A stretch of 64,000 nucleotides of DNA, from assembly GCF_009914755.1 (NCBI RefSeq), contig NC_060928.1; one strand, written 5' to 3'. The notes under the pieces are model-generated. The model was not told the origin of the DNA, did no database searches, and was given only the letters and a program-made list of their open reading frames with translations. Made by a program: the position numbers and the translations under genes. Below are positions 13,661-31,032 of the stretch, in pieces (position 1 is the stretch's first letter; each line of letters begins with the position of its first letter). The DNA comes from the human T2T-CHM13v2.0 reference genome, Homo sapiens.

Positions 13661-16600
13661 ATAACATGAAGATTGCATGAAATTATATACATAAATAATT
13701 CAACAACATAGCTTCCAAATAGAAAACACTCAGCCTTTGTCATCTCATCATTATTTGTTTACACCTTTGTATTATTGGTATAGCTCTAGTCTTTTGAAAG
13801 GTGCAGTTACTCATCTTTGTGTTTTCCACTCCTTTATAGCTAAGTGTAAGGTGCTTTTGCAAAATCCAGTACTGCATATTTGAGAAATGCTTTTTATTCC
13901 TACACATACTGCATATACTGTTACACAATTCGATTTTGTAGGTCTAATGAAGTTGGTCTTTCTATGAGTTCCTATGGCTAAAAATAGTCACAATTGTGTA
14001 CTCCAGTAAATTGTTAGAATGAAGGAAAATAGTTTGAGTGAAATTATCAATCTGGTTTTTCTGACTTCAGCTGTGTGTCATGTTTGGTTAGTCAAGAGAA
14101 ACATCTAATGTGAGGCCCCTGGAGGACAGCTGATAAGTAAGCATACCAAGTAGAATGGCTACTGGAAAAAGTGTGCCAGCTAGAGAGAGAGAGAAAAGAG
14201 AGAGTTAATTTACCATTTGCTCAAGTAAGGAATGATCCACAAATTCAACAAAATCTAAGTAGTCTTAAAGGACATGTCATTGACAGATTTATCTTCTAGT
14301 CTCCCACTTTGTCTAACACTGCTTCACAACAAAGCAATTTACTGAACCCAGTGGTCTCATTATTCTGGAGGTTTATAAGGTTAAAAATACCTGGAGTTTT
14401 GGGAGCAGCAATAGCACTGAAGTGGGATATTAGTAGTGATGCGTGTGTTTGCAGCACCTGTGAACACACAGAGACTGAAGCTTGAAGGCTGATGACCCTG
14501 AGTTAGGGCAAAAGATAAAACTTTTTATTAGATTTTTTTAATGTCAAGAAGAAAATTATTTATCTTCACGTTTCTTGAATATTATCCTCTTACAATTAGG
14601 TCAATGATTCTCACCCCAGTTATATATTAAAATTACCTGGAGATATATAAAAACTATCAATGTTCTACTCTTCTACAGATTAAATCATCATCACTGAGGG
14701 TGGCCCTCCAGCAACCAGGTTTGAGAACCACTTTAGACCAGAATTTTTCTCTGTGCCATTCAGTAATGACAATGATAGCTGTAGGATATGCAAATTGCAG
14801 AAAGACCACTGCAAATGATTTAGCTTATCCCCAAACAGCTGAACTATCTTAAGCCTCATGGCTACTTTAGAGTGACCAAATCCATGTAGATGCCAGAAGT
14901 TGTGTCATACACCTATTTCAAGGGACACATAGAATTTCCCTATATATACCTACACCTCAAGGGTCATGTCGGTTTACCATTCCCCTAAACAACAGCTTAA
15001 TAGTATAAACTGCTGAACTGCTGTCTGCCTAATATTTATTGTGGCTATACTTCTTCTTTTCTGTATTAAAGGCCACTGCTTTTCCCAGCTTGCTCTTTGT
15101 TCTCCATCATCTGTTGTGGGTCACTTGTGCTGTTTTTAACACCCGTGTTGCTGAAGTCATTTCTCCAATTCATGATCCATGAAACTGCTTCAGCAGTGAA
15201 AATGGCACCCCTCAGGTTCAAGTCAACATTTTTATATTTCCCTCTAGGTCAAGATCCAAGCTATGGAAGAAATCAGGATATGTCAATTTTCTAGAGCAGC
15301 CAAGTTTTCTAAAAGTCTACCTAGCCATGTAGTTATGTAGCCTCACTCTCACTTAAACAAAGAAAATTAAAAAGCACACCAGAAAAGACTTTTCTTGTTA
15401 AAAACACATGTTTATTGTAGAAAATATAGTAAGGAAAAAGAAGAAAATATAAGGCAACTAGAATTTCTCTAGTTAGAGATAACTATTATTTATTTGAGTG
15501 TGTGTATATATCTATATATATATATATATTGACATTCAGCTCTTATGTACTAGATACACACATCTACTGTTTCATAAGCTTTTTTCACAGAATAGATTAT
15601 AATCAGTTATGTTTGTTATCACCACAACATTTTCTTCTTGAAGACCTTCTGGAATGAGGCATTTGCTTTTCTATCTAGAGACCCTATCCTTTCAAAAGGT
15701 CCTTTCTCTGTGGAAAGAGCTATTCTGGCCACAGTTACTGCCAAGAAATGAGGTGTTAGAAAAGGCCTAAAGTTAAGTGCAGAACTGCTGTGTTTTGATG
15801 AATATTCTGTTGTTTTGAGAGGAGGTAGAAGCATTCTCAGCTTCAGGATATTTGCTCACTACTCATTAGTCTCTCTGAGAAGTAGCAAACTTCAAAGGTT
15901 AAGTATGAAGAGATGAATTGTGTAATGCCTAGATGTCAATAGCAGAGAAGGTATCTGAGCAAATTCAGAATTTTATCCCTGTCTCCATGGGCCTAGTGTG
16001 AAGAACAGTCATTTGTGTAAGTGGGTCTTTGTGTATATGGTACTGAATCAGGTCACTGAGTCAGAAACTTAGAGCTGTAAGGAAAGTGAGGTGCTCTCCA
16101 GTCCAGTGTTCTGGAATTTCTTCTGCAGTGGCCCCCAACAGCAGGTGGCAGCATCGTCCATGATTGTATTCTTAAGTGACATGGTATTACTCTTTCTATT
16201 TGCAATCCATTTCATTGATGGATAGTTCTAGAGATCTGAAATATTGAGATTTAGCTCAGTGTTGTTTATATGAAGATAAATTCCACTTTTCAACAACTCT
16301 CTTGTATGTGTCTAACGTCTGCCGCATGGAACGTCGCAGATTATGCTTCATACTTGTCTTCCTGAGTCTTCTTTATCCCGAACTTCCTGAGTTTTTGAAT
16401 GGTTGACATGCCAGCTGGCTTTCTGCAGATGTACTTCTTGTGTGTAAATTTCCTTCTCTGTGAGGTATTCATATTGAACATGACCTCCAAGTGTGTTTGG
16501 GTCTGTGCAGAAGACAATAGGACTGTGATTTCTGATGATTAAAACCTGGATTGTATGTTACTGTGATCAGACCCTGAGACTGAGTTAGCAAGTTTTATAG

Positions 16601-16923
16601 CATCTGAGTCGCTCTGTTGGAGGAAAGTGCACGTGATGGGCATTTGCTTGCTTCCCCACCAGATTCTCTACCCTCACCCTTCCTGCAAGATTCCCTAGGA
16701 AGCTGACTTCTGCTGAATGCAACACTCAGGTTCTCTGCTTCCTAGATTCTAGTTGAGTTTGGTCCATGGGAGGCCTTGGCAGAAATTTTGAGAGTAAGAG
16801 CAAATAATTACTTAACCATTAGAAAAAAATAACATGAATGTGTCCTTCTATCCATGGCCTCAGTTCCTGTTGGGGAGCCTCGGTGCCAATCCCTCCGTGC
16901 ATCACCATTTCTAATTAGTTCCT

Positions 16924-17672
<749 letters not shown>

Positions 17673-17796
17673 AGTTCCCTTAACCCTGGAAAGAGACCCT
17701 TCATTAAACTCTTTCTGCTTAATCCTTTGAGAGTGCAACAATTTCCTGCTAGGACCCTGACAGATAGAGGGACCATACAGATCACTAAAATGCTGA

Positions 17797-18168
<372 letters not shown>

Positions 18169-18364
18169 AAACTTTAAAAAAAACCCCAAATAGTACTTTG
18201 AACTTCACCCGCAGGGAGTTATTCAAATTGGTTGTCAGCCAGTTATTTCAGGTTGTTGAGATCATTTGGCTCTTGATCTTATTAATCATCTTAGCCTTCC
18301 CTTTCAACAATTTGCCGACTTTGTGCAAATTTTATTAATATGTGATCTCTGTCTTTATCCATGG

Positions 18365-18590
18365 AGAGGCAGTATAGTATCATGAGGAATAATAGACTTT
18401 GGAGTAGGCAGAAATTAGGTTTGAATTACTAGCCACGAGGCTTTGGAAACATTACTTAAACTCTATAAGCTTCAACTTCTTTATCTATAAGGTAGGTATA
18501 AAACCTGAAAGTTTTGGCATGAGTTTAGTAAAACTGTCTGTGAAGCCCTTGTGGACTGCTTGGTCCATGTAGGCATTTGATAAATGGTGG
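18365..18590 (+). mobile_element. MIR
   Basis: GAGGCAGTATAGTATCATG ... TTACTTAAACTCT core. Confidence 0.7.
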
Positions 18591-19014
18591 CTTTATATAG
18601 AGGAGGGAAATGCAAGCTATCTCAAAAAGAAATCAGGGAAATAAGAATGCCATCTGAAATCTGTCATATGAGAATGAAAGGAGCATAGACAGGTTTTGAG
18701 TGTGGGGTGAGGAGTAGGGGAGGGGAGGAGATAAGTGAACTGCCCCTCAGACTTCCAGGGAGGAGAAAAATGATGTCACTGGGAACTGCAGTCATTTGAA
18801 AAGATAGCAATCAAGCATTTCTTTCAGAGCCCTGTTCATCTTTCAGTGGCTTTGCTTCTCCAGATGCTTTTGCTCCTTCAATTATCTCTGCCTTCTCCCA
18901 CCTCCTCTCCAACCATCTCTTCCCTTCCTTAATTCACAATTTTTCTCCCTCTTTTCAAGGCATAGTGCTTTGATTTATGAATTAGTTCTATGTTTCTGTT
19001 TTCTAATTTATTAG

Positions 19015-20104
<1,090 letters not shown>

Positions 20105-21765
20105 GGATTTCTTTTTGACATAGAATTATTTAAGAGAAAGCTTTTAAATTTCCATGCTGTAATTTCTAGTTTTGTTGTGTCATAATCAGAGAATATAATC
20201 TGTAGCATTTCTACATTCTCTACTTTGCTTAGATGTTTTTGGGGTGGGGTGTGTAATATGTACTCAATTTTGTAAACATTTTATGGACATACAAATTTCA
20301 ATGTTTACTTTTTCAGGCTATAGGCTTTGCTACATAATTTTTGTGTATTTTGTGGTCCTCATATAGATTTTTTAATTATCTTTTTGCTGTGATAGAGATT
20401 AGAAGGGTAAATTAATGTCTCATTTACCATCATTTTTCTTTCTGTATCTCTTTTCATTTCCTGATGCTTTGGCTTTATGAAATCTTTATGTATAAAAATT
20501 GTGCACACATATCTTTATGCACAGTGTTTTGGATTTTACCCTTCATAATGAGCTTTTTTCTCTCCTTTGAATTTGACCTGGCCTGGTGTTAACAGCCCAG
20601 GTGTAAAATTCCAGTGAGAAAGAAGTCTGATGAGGAGTCAGTAGGATCTTTTGGTTGCTGAGAACTGCTCAGTACCATGGACAGCTCCCTGCACTCCAGG
20701 AAACATCCTGATTCAGTGTCTTGAGTATTGTGAAGCACAGTTAGAGCGGAAACATGGAGAATCACCTTAAAATGGCAAATTGGCTTCTGGTCTTGCATAA
20801 GACTTCATTGAGGCCTAAGGGGCTATGCAGGTCTACTGTCCAAAGTACAGAGGTTATTCCTAGTGTCTTTAATACTACTGTCCCTTTAGGCAAGATTATC
20901 CTTATGATAAGGGAGACTGAATTAAGCTATTTTGGCTGAGGCATATTTTTATAAATTCATCCAATTAGCTTCCCTTGTTGTAGTTTTGGCTCACCAAACA
21001 TTGTTCTGATTATAATTTAGCATCCCATATAATTTCATCTGCAGGGAGAGTCTGTACTAGGCATGACAATGCTTACATATCAGCCCGTGTGACTGCAAGA
21101 GTCTCAGTATAATTTGATAACATGGCACTCAGATTCTAGACATTATTCTCTGTGTGCTTAGTGAGTGTGATGACATAACCTTCAGAAAGATTCATCCTTT
21201 CTCACATATTGATAAATCAACTTTTACATCTACAAAGTTGAAAGCCAGAAATTAAAACCTTATTAATTCACTAAGGCATCCCTATGATGGCAGTCTTCCA
21301 ACTAGCTCCATTCTGGGGCACTCTGACATCATTGTACACTTTCCAATGAAAGCAGGGAGTGTATGTGATTAAAGGGAGAGCCCTGTGGCACTCCTGAAAA
21401 ATCTCCCCTCCCAGTTCACATTGACTTATTAACCAACACTCATGATCATGTGAAACTCTAGAACTGGATCTGGATGCCTGGCAGGATGACATGGTGTGAG
21501 GCTCAAGCAGCACTGTGGGAATTCAAGCATCTGTTTATTTCTGAGAGAAAAAGTGTAAAGCAAAATAATATCTTTTAACAAACGTTTGTATTTGACTAAA
21601 AAGGAAGCAAGCACTTAATTTATGAATTTGCTAATTGCTCTTCTGAGCTGAGAATATCTGTGTTGAATATTAGTCATTATCCAGATTTGGCACAGAATAA
21701 TCCCGAGGGTTAAATGACATTGTTCCTACAGTGGGCACCTGAAGACTGGCTATAAAAGCAATCCT

Positions 21766-22376
<611 letters not shown>

Positions 22377-22719
22377 TTACTAGAAAGGCACATTAATACA
22401 TTTCTCCTGTGCTGATAGTAATCAGGCAACTCTGGTTTCCATCAGAGGCAATTTCTTACGTATTAAATGCCAGAAAAAGGGCATCGCTCCATTTTTGTAG
22501 AGAGCCTTTCTTTATGAAGACTAATGACCACATTAGTTAGTCAGTCAGTCAATAATACTTACCAAATGTCAGTAGAGCAGAAGTGAACACCAACAGAAAA
22601 TCACATTTTACAAATGCAATTTACTTGGTATCCTAACATGCCATGTCATAATAATTATTGAGGCTTTTCTTCTCTGCTGCATTGGTCTAATGAATGTGGC
22701 TAGAAAAATATGGGTGCAC

Positions 22720-23330
22720 ATACATTTGACTAGGGGTATGCAGAGTAAACAAATAAATAACTTCAGCTAATAAAGTGCTATATAAAAATAAAAGAGTCAT
22801 AACACAAAGTGATGAGAAAGATAAGCTACTTTACATATGGTGATGAGTGAAGGCTTCTTGGGGAGGTTGACATTTGAACTGAATCCTGAATGAGGAGAAG
22901 CTAGTCCTGCAGACATTGGGGAGGGGCCTGCATATACAAGGACCCAAAGTGAGAGGGAGCTGGTTGTTTGAGTTGGGTGAGAATATAAACAAACAGAAAG
23001 GAGTGTAGCTGTAGTTTAGTGCATCACAGTGAGATGGAGGGAGGTGGGAGTTAGTGCACCAGGGTGAGTCCAGATGGGGCAGGTTCTTGTAGACTGCGGT
23101 AGAGTTTGGATTTTATTTTAAGTGTGAATGGGAAACCTTTGGGAGATTTTAAGTTATGAGGTCACATGACATAAGGGAGACCAACTGAGTGAGAGATGAT
23201 GGTGGTTTGAAGCTTGGTGATAGCTATAAAAATGGAGAAAGGTACACACATTTAGGTTATATCTTGGAGATGGTGCTGACAGGACCTGCCAATGGATTGG
23301 ACATGGGAGGAGAGGGAATGAGAGAATGCA
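22720..23330 (-). mobile_element. L2 fragment
   Basis: GACATTTGAACTGAATCCTGAATGA and other L2 motifs. Confidence 0.7.
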
Positions 23331-23421
23331 CATATTTCCACACATAAAATGTTAACTATTATGTCATACCAAATGCATGATTCAAAAAGTAAAACCTAAA
23401 CTTCATCAAAATTAAAACTCA

Positions 23422-23751
<330 letters not shown>

Positions 23752-24014
23752 TTAAGAGGGCAAAAAGGTAAGCTACGGACTGGGAGAAAATACTTGAAAA
23801 CCACATATCCAACAAAGGACTAGTATATGGAATATATAAAAAATTTTCAAAACTCAACAGTATGAGAAAATCCAATTAGAACATGGACAAAAGATATGAA
23901 GACATATTTCATGCACACAGTAACACAGATGCCAAATAAACACATGAAATGATGCTCAACATCATTATTCATTGGGGAAATGCAAATTAAAACCACAAGC
24001 TATCAGTTTGGTAA

Positions 24015-24767
24015 TGAATTCCTATAATTTTATATTGCTTTGGCATCCACTTTAAATATAAGCTGGGCTTTCTCACACCAGAGGCAGGACTCCGTCACCT
24101 TGGACACAGTTTTCGGTTTGGTGCTCCCTTCCCCCAGTTCCTCAATGTGGTGGATCCAGATATCTGCCTTATACAACTGCTCTCTGGTGACTACTTCACT
24201 AGGTGGTGGCTAGATGCAGGCTGCTTGACTGGCCCTGCTGATACTCACACACGGAACGAACTATTCAGACATGCCATAGTGACTACCTCTCTGTCAGTGT
24301 GCAAAAAAGAAATATGCAACTACCATGTAACCCAGTAATTGAACTTCAGTCATCTCTTCCAAAGAAATGAAGACTTGCATTAATACAAAAACCTGTACAT
24401 GAATGTTTATAGTAGCTTTATTCATAACAGCAAAAACTGGAAACTATTAATATATGTCTTTCATTGAGCAAATAGTTAAACTATGGTACATACATACATA
24501 CCTCAGTCAGTGTGGCCCCCTGGAACTCATGCCTGCTTGCTTTAAATCCACCAATTAAATTCCCTGCTGGAAACTTGTTTGGATAGCTCTCTGGACCCAA
24601 TAAGGGTGCTGGCCCACAGGTCCCTTTCTCTCCCTGACCTCTGCGTATATGGCCACCAGGAGTGTCATGAGCCCTCAACCTGTAAGTAATAAAATCTTTA
24701 TTTCCATCTTTGTCTCTCCTAATCATTGAAAGTGTGCTCTCTGTCTTAAAAATCCTAAATTGAAACA
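24015..24767 (+). mobile_element. ERVL solo LTR (MER54/MER74-like) carrying a 196-bp foreign insert
   Basis: TTATATTGCTTTGGCATCC ... GATCCAGATATCTGCCTTATACAAC ... GAAACA. Confidence 0.7.
24303..24498 (+). repeat. 196-bp direct copy of 25235-25430
   Basis: 195/196 identical by manual alignment; offset 932 bp. Confidence 0.95.
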
Positions 24768-27322
24768 AACTTACATCTATTAAAACGAGTAAAATAGGCC
24801 AGACTCACGTCTGTAATCTCAGCACTTTGGGAGGCTGAGGCGGGAGGATGACTTGAGCCCAGGAGTTTGAGACCAGCTTCTCCAACATAGTAAAACCCCA
24901 TCTCTGCAAAAAGAAAAAAGAGAAATCAGCCAGGCATGGTGGCAGATGCCTACAGTCCTGCTACTGGTGGCTGACGCCCCACCCTACTTCCAGCACTGAG
25001 GTGGGCAGTTCACTTCAGCCGGGAGGTCAGGCTTCAGTGAGCCTTGATTACACTACTGAATTCCAGCCTGGGCAACAGAGAAAGACCCTGTCTCAAAACA
25101 AACAAACAAAGTAAAATAAAAAAACAAAGACAATTAAGGCTAGAAAGGATGTAGAGAAACTAGGTCATTGATACGTTGCTGGTGAGAATATAAAATGATA
25201 CAGATGCTCTGAAAAACAGTTTGGCAGTTTCTTTAAAAAAGAAATATGCAACTACCACGTAACCCAGTAATTGAACTTCAGTCATCTCTTCCAAAGAAAT
25301 GAAGACTTGCATTAATACAAAAACCTGTACATGAATGTTTATAGTAGCTTTATTCATAACAGCAAAAACTGGAAACTATTAATATATGTCTTTCATTGAG
25401 CAAATAGTTAAACTATGGTACATACATACAATGGAATACTGTTCAGCAGTAAAAAAGGAATGAACTATTGATACATGCAACAACCTGGATGAATCTCCAG
25501 AGAATCATGCCGAGTGTAAAAAAGATAAGCCCTAAAATACATACTGTATTATTCCATTTCTACAGTATTCTTGAAATGATAAAATTACAAAAATAGAGAA
25601 CAGATAAGTGGTTATGGGTAAAGGAGAGGGTGGCAGCAGGAGGGAAATGAGTGTGGCTATAAAAGGGCAACATGAGGGATGTTTGTGGTGATGGAAGTGA
25701 TCTATCAATGCCAGTATCTTGGTTGTGATATTGGACTATAGTTTTGCAAGATATTATCACTGGGGAAACTGGATAAAGGCTACATGGGATCTTTCTGTGT
25801 TATTTCTTACGAGTGTATGAGAATCTATAATTATCTCAATATAAAAAATTTACCTTTTTAAAAAAGTTAACCATTTGACATGGTTCTAATACATATCTAT
25901 ATCTATATCTGTATCTATCTATCTATCTCTCTATCAATCAAATAACATCTTTCACTTAAATGCACCACAGAATTTGTTGTGGAAGTTTTGGCTAGGGCAC
26001 AAGGTGAGTAAATGCAGTATTCGCAAGTGAGGATTGAGACCACCTGGTTGCAGGACTTATAGAAGAAGTAGAGCATAACTAGCTGTAAGGCTTTAAATTA
26101 CATTATCCACTTTGAAAGTCTAAACTGGTTAAGCATTAGAGCTGGAGGAGAAAATTTTTGGAAATTATTGTTAGGCTGTGATACCACCCCTCTCCTCAAG
26201 AGGAGGGGGTAGCAGGCAGTCCCTTTTCACCATAATTCAAGGGAGGAAGCTTAAAGAGACCACTAGAAGAACTTAAGGTCTTGGAGACATCGATGTGTTG
26301 ACCTCTCATTTGGAAAATCCAAAGAGCTAGAGTTGGTTAGTTCCTCAGGGGGTAGAGACAAAAAGGGGTAATGTGAATGTTTAGAGGAGCCATTTTGTAA
26401 TAGGATTTTTGGTTTTCCTTAATTCCAGCAGTAAAATAAATATTACTTCCAGGTTTGCTGGGGACAAACTATGTGGTTTTCCCATGAACCAAATGTGGAC
26501 CACTCACTTAAAGCCAGCATGAATCTTGTTAGGTTATGCTCAAAAGGATGGCCCATAAGGGTAAACAGTCCCTAGAGAAAGAATCCAGGTAAATAAAGGT
26601 CCAGAAGAAACAGAGATGCCTTAATCCTTGTCATGGGAACCCACAGGTTGGGTAATGTGGATCTTGGAAGAACCCATGAAAATGTTAATGAGAAAAAGAG
26701 TTAATTTTAAATATCTGTCAAGTCCAGAAAGTTTCAATGCTAGATCATGAAGAAAGTATCAGTTTAGTTTGAGCATTTCCCTTAAGCTGCTTCCATTAAA
26801 TCTTCTCCTTCCCCACACTCCAAACCTGGGAAGCACTGTAGGCCTGGTGAAACCAAAGTTGGCGCATAACCATGGGGAAAGAAGGGAGCAGCAGAGATGT
26901 GTCCTCTTGTCTCTACCTCCCAGACTGCTGGTATCATGCCTGCAACTGGCCTGGAAGTGCGGCAGGAGAGAGAAGCCTTAATTCTGTAGCCAGAATTAAA
27001 TTTTAACCTCATATTTTGGTTATTAAACTGAGACTAAAGGCTAAATAATCAAATAACTATTTCTAATATTTAGGAATGAACACAAAATGCATAGAAGACT
27101 GCTTAAGTTTACATTCAGGGGAAGAGGAAGAACCAAATCCATAGAAAGGGCAGTAGAAGAAAAATAATTTTTCTTAATTTTACACTATGAGTCCTACTTG
27201 TTCAATATTCTGAATAAAAAGGTTCTCTTCCTATATATCTTAGCAAAATTTTTCCAGATTATACGCTAGCATATATATGTGTGCACACATGTGTATACAT
27301 ACATACATTATGTGTTTCCCAC

Positions 27323-27872
27323 CATAGTATGAATACAATATCTGTTTCCAGCAGCTGTGAATGTAGACTTAGATACGGATGTGGTAGAAGTGCTCCTTCA
27401 TAGTACAATTTCCAGTTTTCCTGAATACAGTACTACCAATGTGAAACTATATTTTTGCTTGAGATAAGTATTGCCATACACAAGGTTCAGACTTCAGAGA
27501 AACAGCAAAACAGTTGGAAGGTTAAGTTGGAATCCAGTTCATATCCAGGATGAGAAGATATCCAATTTATTTCTTTTCAGTAAAGCTTTTCGAGTTTCTG
27601 TGGCCACTAGGTGAAGCTGTTTTTCTCTGCTAAATTTCACCAGAATCAACATGTTTTGGCTTATTGTACATTTGACCCATAAATGGATGGGAGAAAAAAA
27701 CAGTAGATGTAATTCAAATCAGAGGGAATTCTAAATAATCAATGTCTGACCGGTGAATACTAATTCTGCATCACTCATAAGTTATTTGATATAAATGCCC
27801 AGAGGAGAATGCTGGGAAGCCCACAATGAACAGCAATTCCAGTGATTACTTTTGGATGCACTCATTCATAAT
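27323..27872 (-). pseudogene. Exon G of the disabled DOMON-like gene (begins D-YE*VHPKVITGIAVHCGLP)
   Basis: Acceptor CTAAATCTGTTTCAG at 27873; phase 1 matches the upstream exon; several stops and frameshifts. The 3' end is tentative (ATG|GTGGGA). Confidence 0.5.
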
Positions 27873-28599
27873 CTGAAACAGATTTAGTGTGTTTGCCATA
27901 ATTAGTTTTATTATCTTTCTCCTGAGCATATGTACAAAGATTCTCTTTCATATTCACTCAAAACTTAATTCTTTGAGGTAAAAATTATGGTATTTGTATT
28001 GGCTATAATAATGTGACATACTTCTAAAGAATGTATACAACTAAATCCATTTTTATGGTCATCTAGTATAAAGTAAAAAAAAATTTTAGTAATTTTCTAA
28101 TTTATAATAACATATTTTTAATGGCACAAAGTTTACCATTTACAAACAGTAGTTTGTAAATTTTTAGACCAGATCTTTTATTGTTCTGGGTTATAAAATG
28201 ATATAAATATTTAAAATCCCAAACATATCATTAATAAAAATAAGTAGGACTTAATGATATTATATTTTCAGTGTCTTTGAATGCAAGCTCTATTTTTGAT
28301 TCATCATAGAATGCACTTCCTTTTTCTGATTGTTTTTACCATTTCAAACTTAACTTAGGGAGAAAATACTCAACTTCAGGGAAAGAATTAAGTTGTAAAA
28401 ACAAACAAACTAAAAACACAGTGTTAAAGTATTCAGACAGTTTGAATAAGCTACATCACAGAATTTCATATTCTTTAAACACCACAAAGTTAATGCCAAG
28501 AAGTATTTGCCTGATAAACAATTTCATTTCTTATGTAAGTATGGTAACTTATTAGAGAGATCCCTACAAGCAACTTATACATACAGCTATTTCACTTAC

Positions 28600-28654
28600 C
28601 TTGACAAGTTTTTAACTAGCCATTTTCTGTAATGCATAGAGATACAGTGACCTG
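28600..28654 (-). pseudogene. Exon F of the disabled gene: (Q)VTVSLCITENG*LKTCQ
   Basis: Strong acceptor TTATTTTCTTTAG-CAG (NAGNAG) and perfect donor AAG|GTAAGT; phase 0 to 1 with one TAG. Confidence 0.7.
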
Positions 28655-28707
28655 CTAAAGAAAATAAATTACAAAAGAGATAAATTACAAATTACAAATA
28701 AATTACC

Positions 28708-29093
<386 letters not shown>

Positions 29094-29326
29094 TAGGTGC
29101 ATTATTAATATTTTTTTAGATAGGAATAAATTTACAGGGAATGTTTCAGTAATTTTATATAAATAATAAAACTTTTATTGAAAGTAGTATTTTATATGCA
29201 TTTCCTTCCTAGTTATAGGTATTTTTAAAGCCTATTACTTTTCTGTCTTTAAAAATGTCGTAAACTTTTTTTTTTTTTTACAAACTTGTAATGCTATGTA
29301 GCATGAATTAAAAGAAATTCAGGATA

Positions 29327-29640
29327 GGCCAGGTGCAGTGGCTCATACCTGTAATCCCAGCACTTTAGGAGACCAAGGCAGGAGGATCGCTTGAGGCCAG
29401 GGAGTTTGAGATCATCCTGCATCACATAGTGAGACCCCTGTCTCTAGAAAAAATAAAATAAAAAATTAGCTGGGTGTGGTGATGTGCACCTGTTGTCCTA
29501 GCTACTTGGGAGGCTGAAGTGAGAGGATTACTTGAGCCCAGGAGTTTGAGATTATAGTGAGCTGTGATCACACCACTGTACTCCAGCCTGGGCAGCAGAG
29601 CAAGAGATTCTTTTTGAGGAAAAAAAAAAAGAAGAAAGAA
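29327..29640 (+). mobile_element. AluJ-like
   Basis: Dimer whose tail merges into a purine tract. Confidence 0.9.
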
Positions 29641-29816
29641 AAGGAAAGAAAAAAAGAAAAAGAAAGAGAGAGACACAGAAAGAAAGAAATAGAGAGAAAG
29701 AGAGAGAGAAAGAAAGGAAGAAAGAAAGAAAAAGAAAGAGAGAGAAAGAGGAAAGGAAAGAAGGAAAGAAAGAAGAGGAGGAGGAGGAAGAAGAAAGAAG
29801 GAGGAGGAGGAAGAAA
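29617..29816. repeat. ~200-bp GA-rich low-complexity tract
   Basis: Almost entirely A/G (GAAA, GAGA and GGA units). Confidence 0.95.
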
Positions 29817-30661
29817 TTCAGGGATGAGTCCACTTGTTGGACCTTGTGGTAGTCACCTCTGAAACTGTTATTTTGGTCTCAGAAATAAAGTAGAATTGGG
29901 ATCAATGACATTTATACATTGCCCAAACCATGTCTTTCTTTCTTGTCTCATTCCTTTTTCTATAAATCAATTTAGAAAAAAATCTTCTCCACACTGTCTT
30001 TTGGTTTGTCCTTTACTTTTTTGGTCTTTCAGTCTATTAATGACACAATTTGTGACTACCTGTCTTTCTCCTCTTCAGATTGCTTTCCTTTATGCTATAC
30101 AATGCTATGTTCTTATTTTCTAAGTTTTTTGTAGTTGTCATGAGAAATTACCTTGATGCAATGGTGACCTACAAGTACACTACAAGGCAAGCTATCCCGG
30201 AAGTCACAAAACAGGCTCAAAGATCAAATTAAGATGTTTGAATCGCATAGTTTATTAAATCACTTTAAAGCACATAATCTGAAGCAAGAGGAAAGCGATG
30301 GGGTAACTTTCACACTTAGGATAGGGTTCAAGTGGGAAGGACCACACGAGGTGAATCCTGAGTTATGCTACATTCATACATCCTGTGTCTCTCTCCATCT
30401 GCGGCATCAGCCTTCTTCACTGATGGTCAGATTGAAGTTTGAGCCAGGTCAACAGACAGAAGGTGCTTGGGGCCAATGATACACACTTGCTCTATTAAAG
30501 AGAGACAGTGACAAGTACGCCTGGCCACAGCCATAACTTGTCAATCAGCCTGCAAAAAGCTATGGGTACTATAAGGATTTCTTAGGTAGAGCACATGTGG
30601 GCCCAGAGTAGGACCATAAGTGGCTGGTATAAGTGGCTGGTTCTTTCCATCCCTTTCCATC

Positions 30662-30782
30662 TATAAATAATATAGTAATATAGTAAATATATTTAATATA
30701 GTAAATATAATAAATACAATAATACAGTAATATGGTAAATATAATAATATAGTACATATATCAGTCTATATTTAGTATATTA
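30662..30782. repeat. AT-rich degenerate tandem repeat (AATATAGTA)
   Basis: Directly visible. Confidence 0.8.
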
Positions 30783-31032
30783 TGAATTCTACCTATGTCT
30801 CACAAGCTACTCGCTTACTCATTATCTGTGCTTAGCACATCCTATGGGATTAATCCACCTCATTCTGTGCTCTACTACAGAACTGAACTTTCTCAATTAA
30901 TAGAGCAAACTCATGTTACACTAATCAACCTTTAAATATTTTCTCATGTATGCAGTTAAATGTATTGACATTACTTGTAACATTTTTGTATTATCTTATT
31001 CTATTTACCTTGTCATTTCTCACTTTCCTTAC

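Noticed and set aside
27330-27435. YCIQENWKLYYEGALLPHP resembling a CatSper auxiliary subunit C-terminus
   Set aside because: Short, weak resemblance and the frame is ambiguous; not supportable without a profile search.
29552-29862. K/R/E-rich and S/F-rich ORFs
   Set aside because: These are translations of the GA-rich low-complexity tract.
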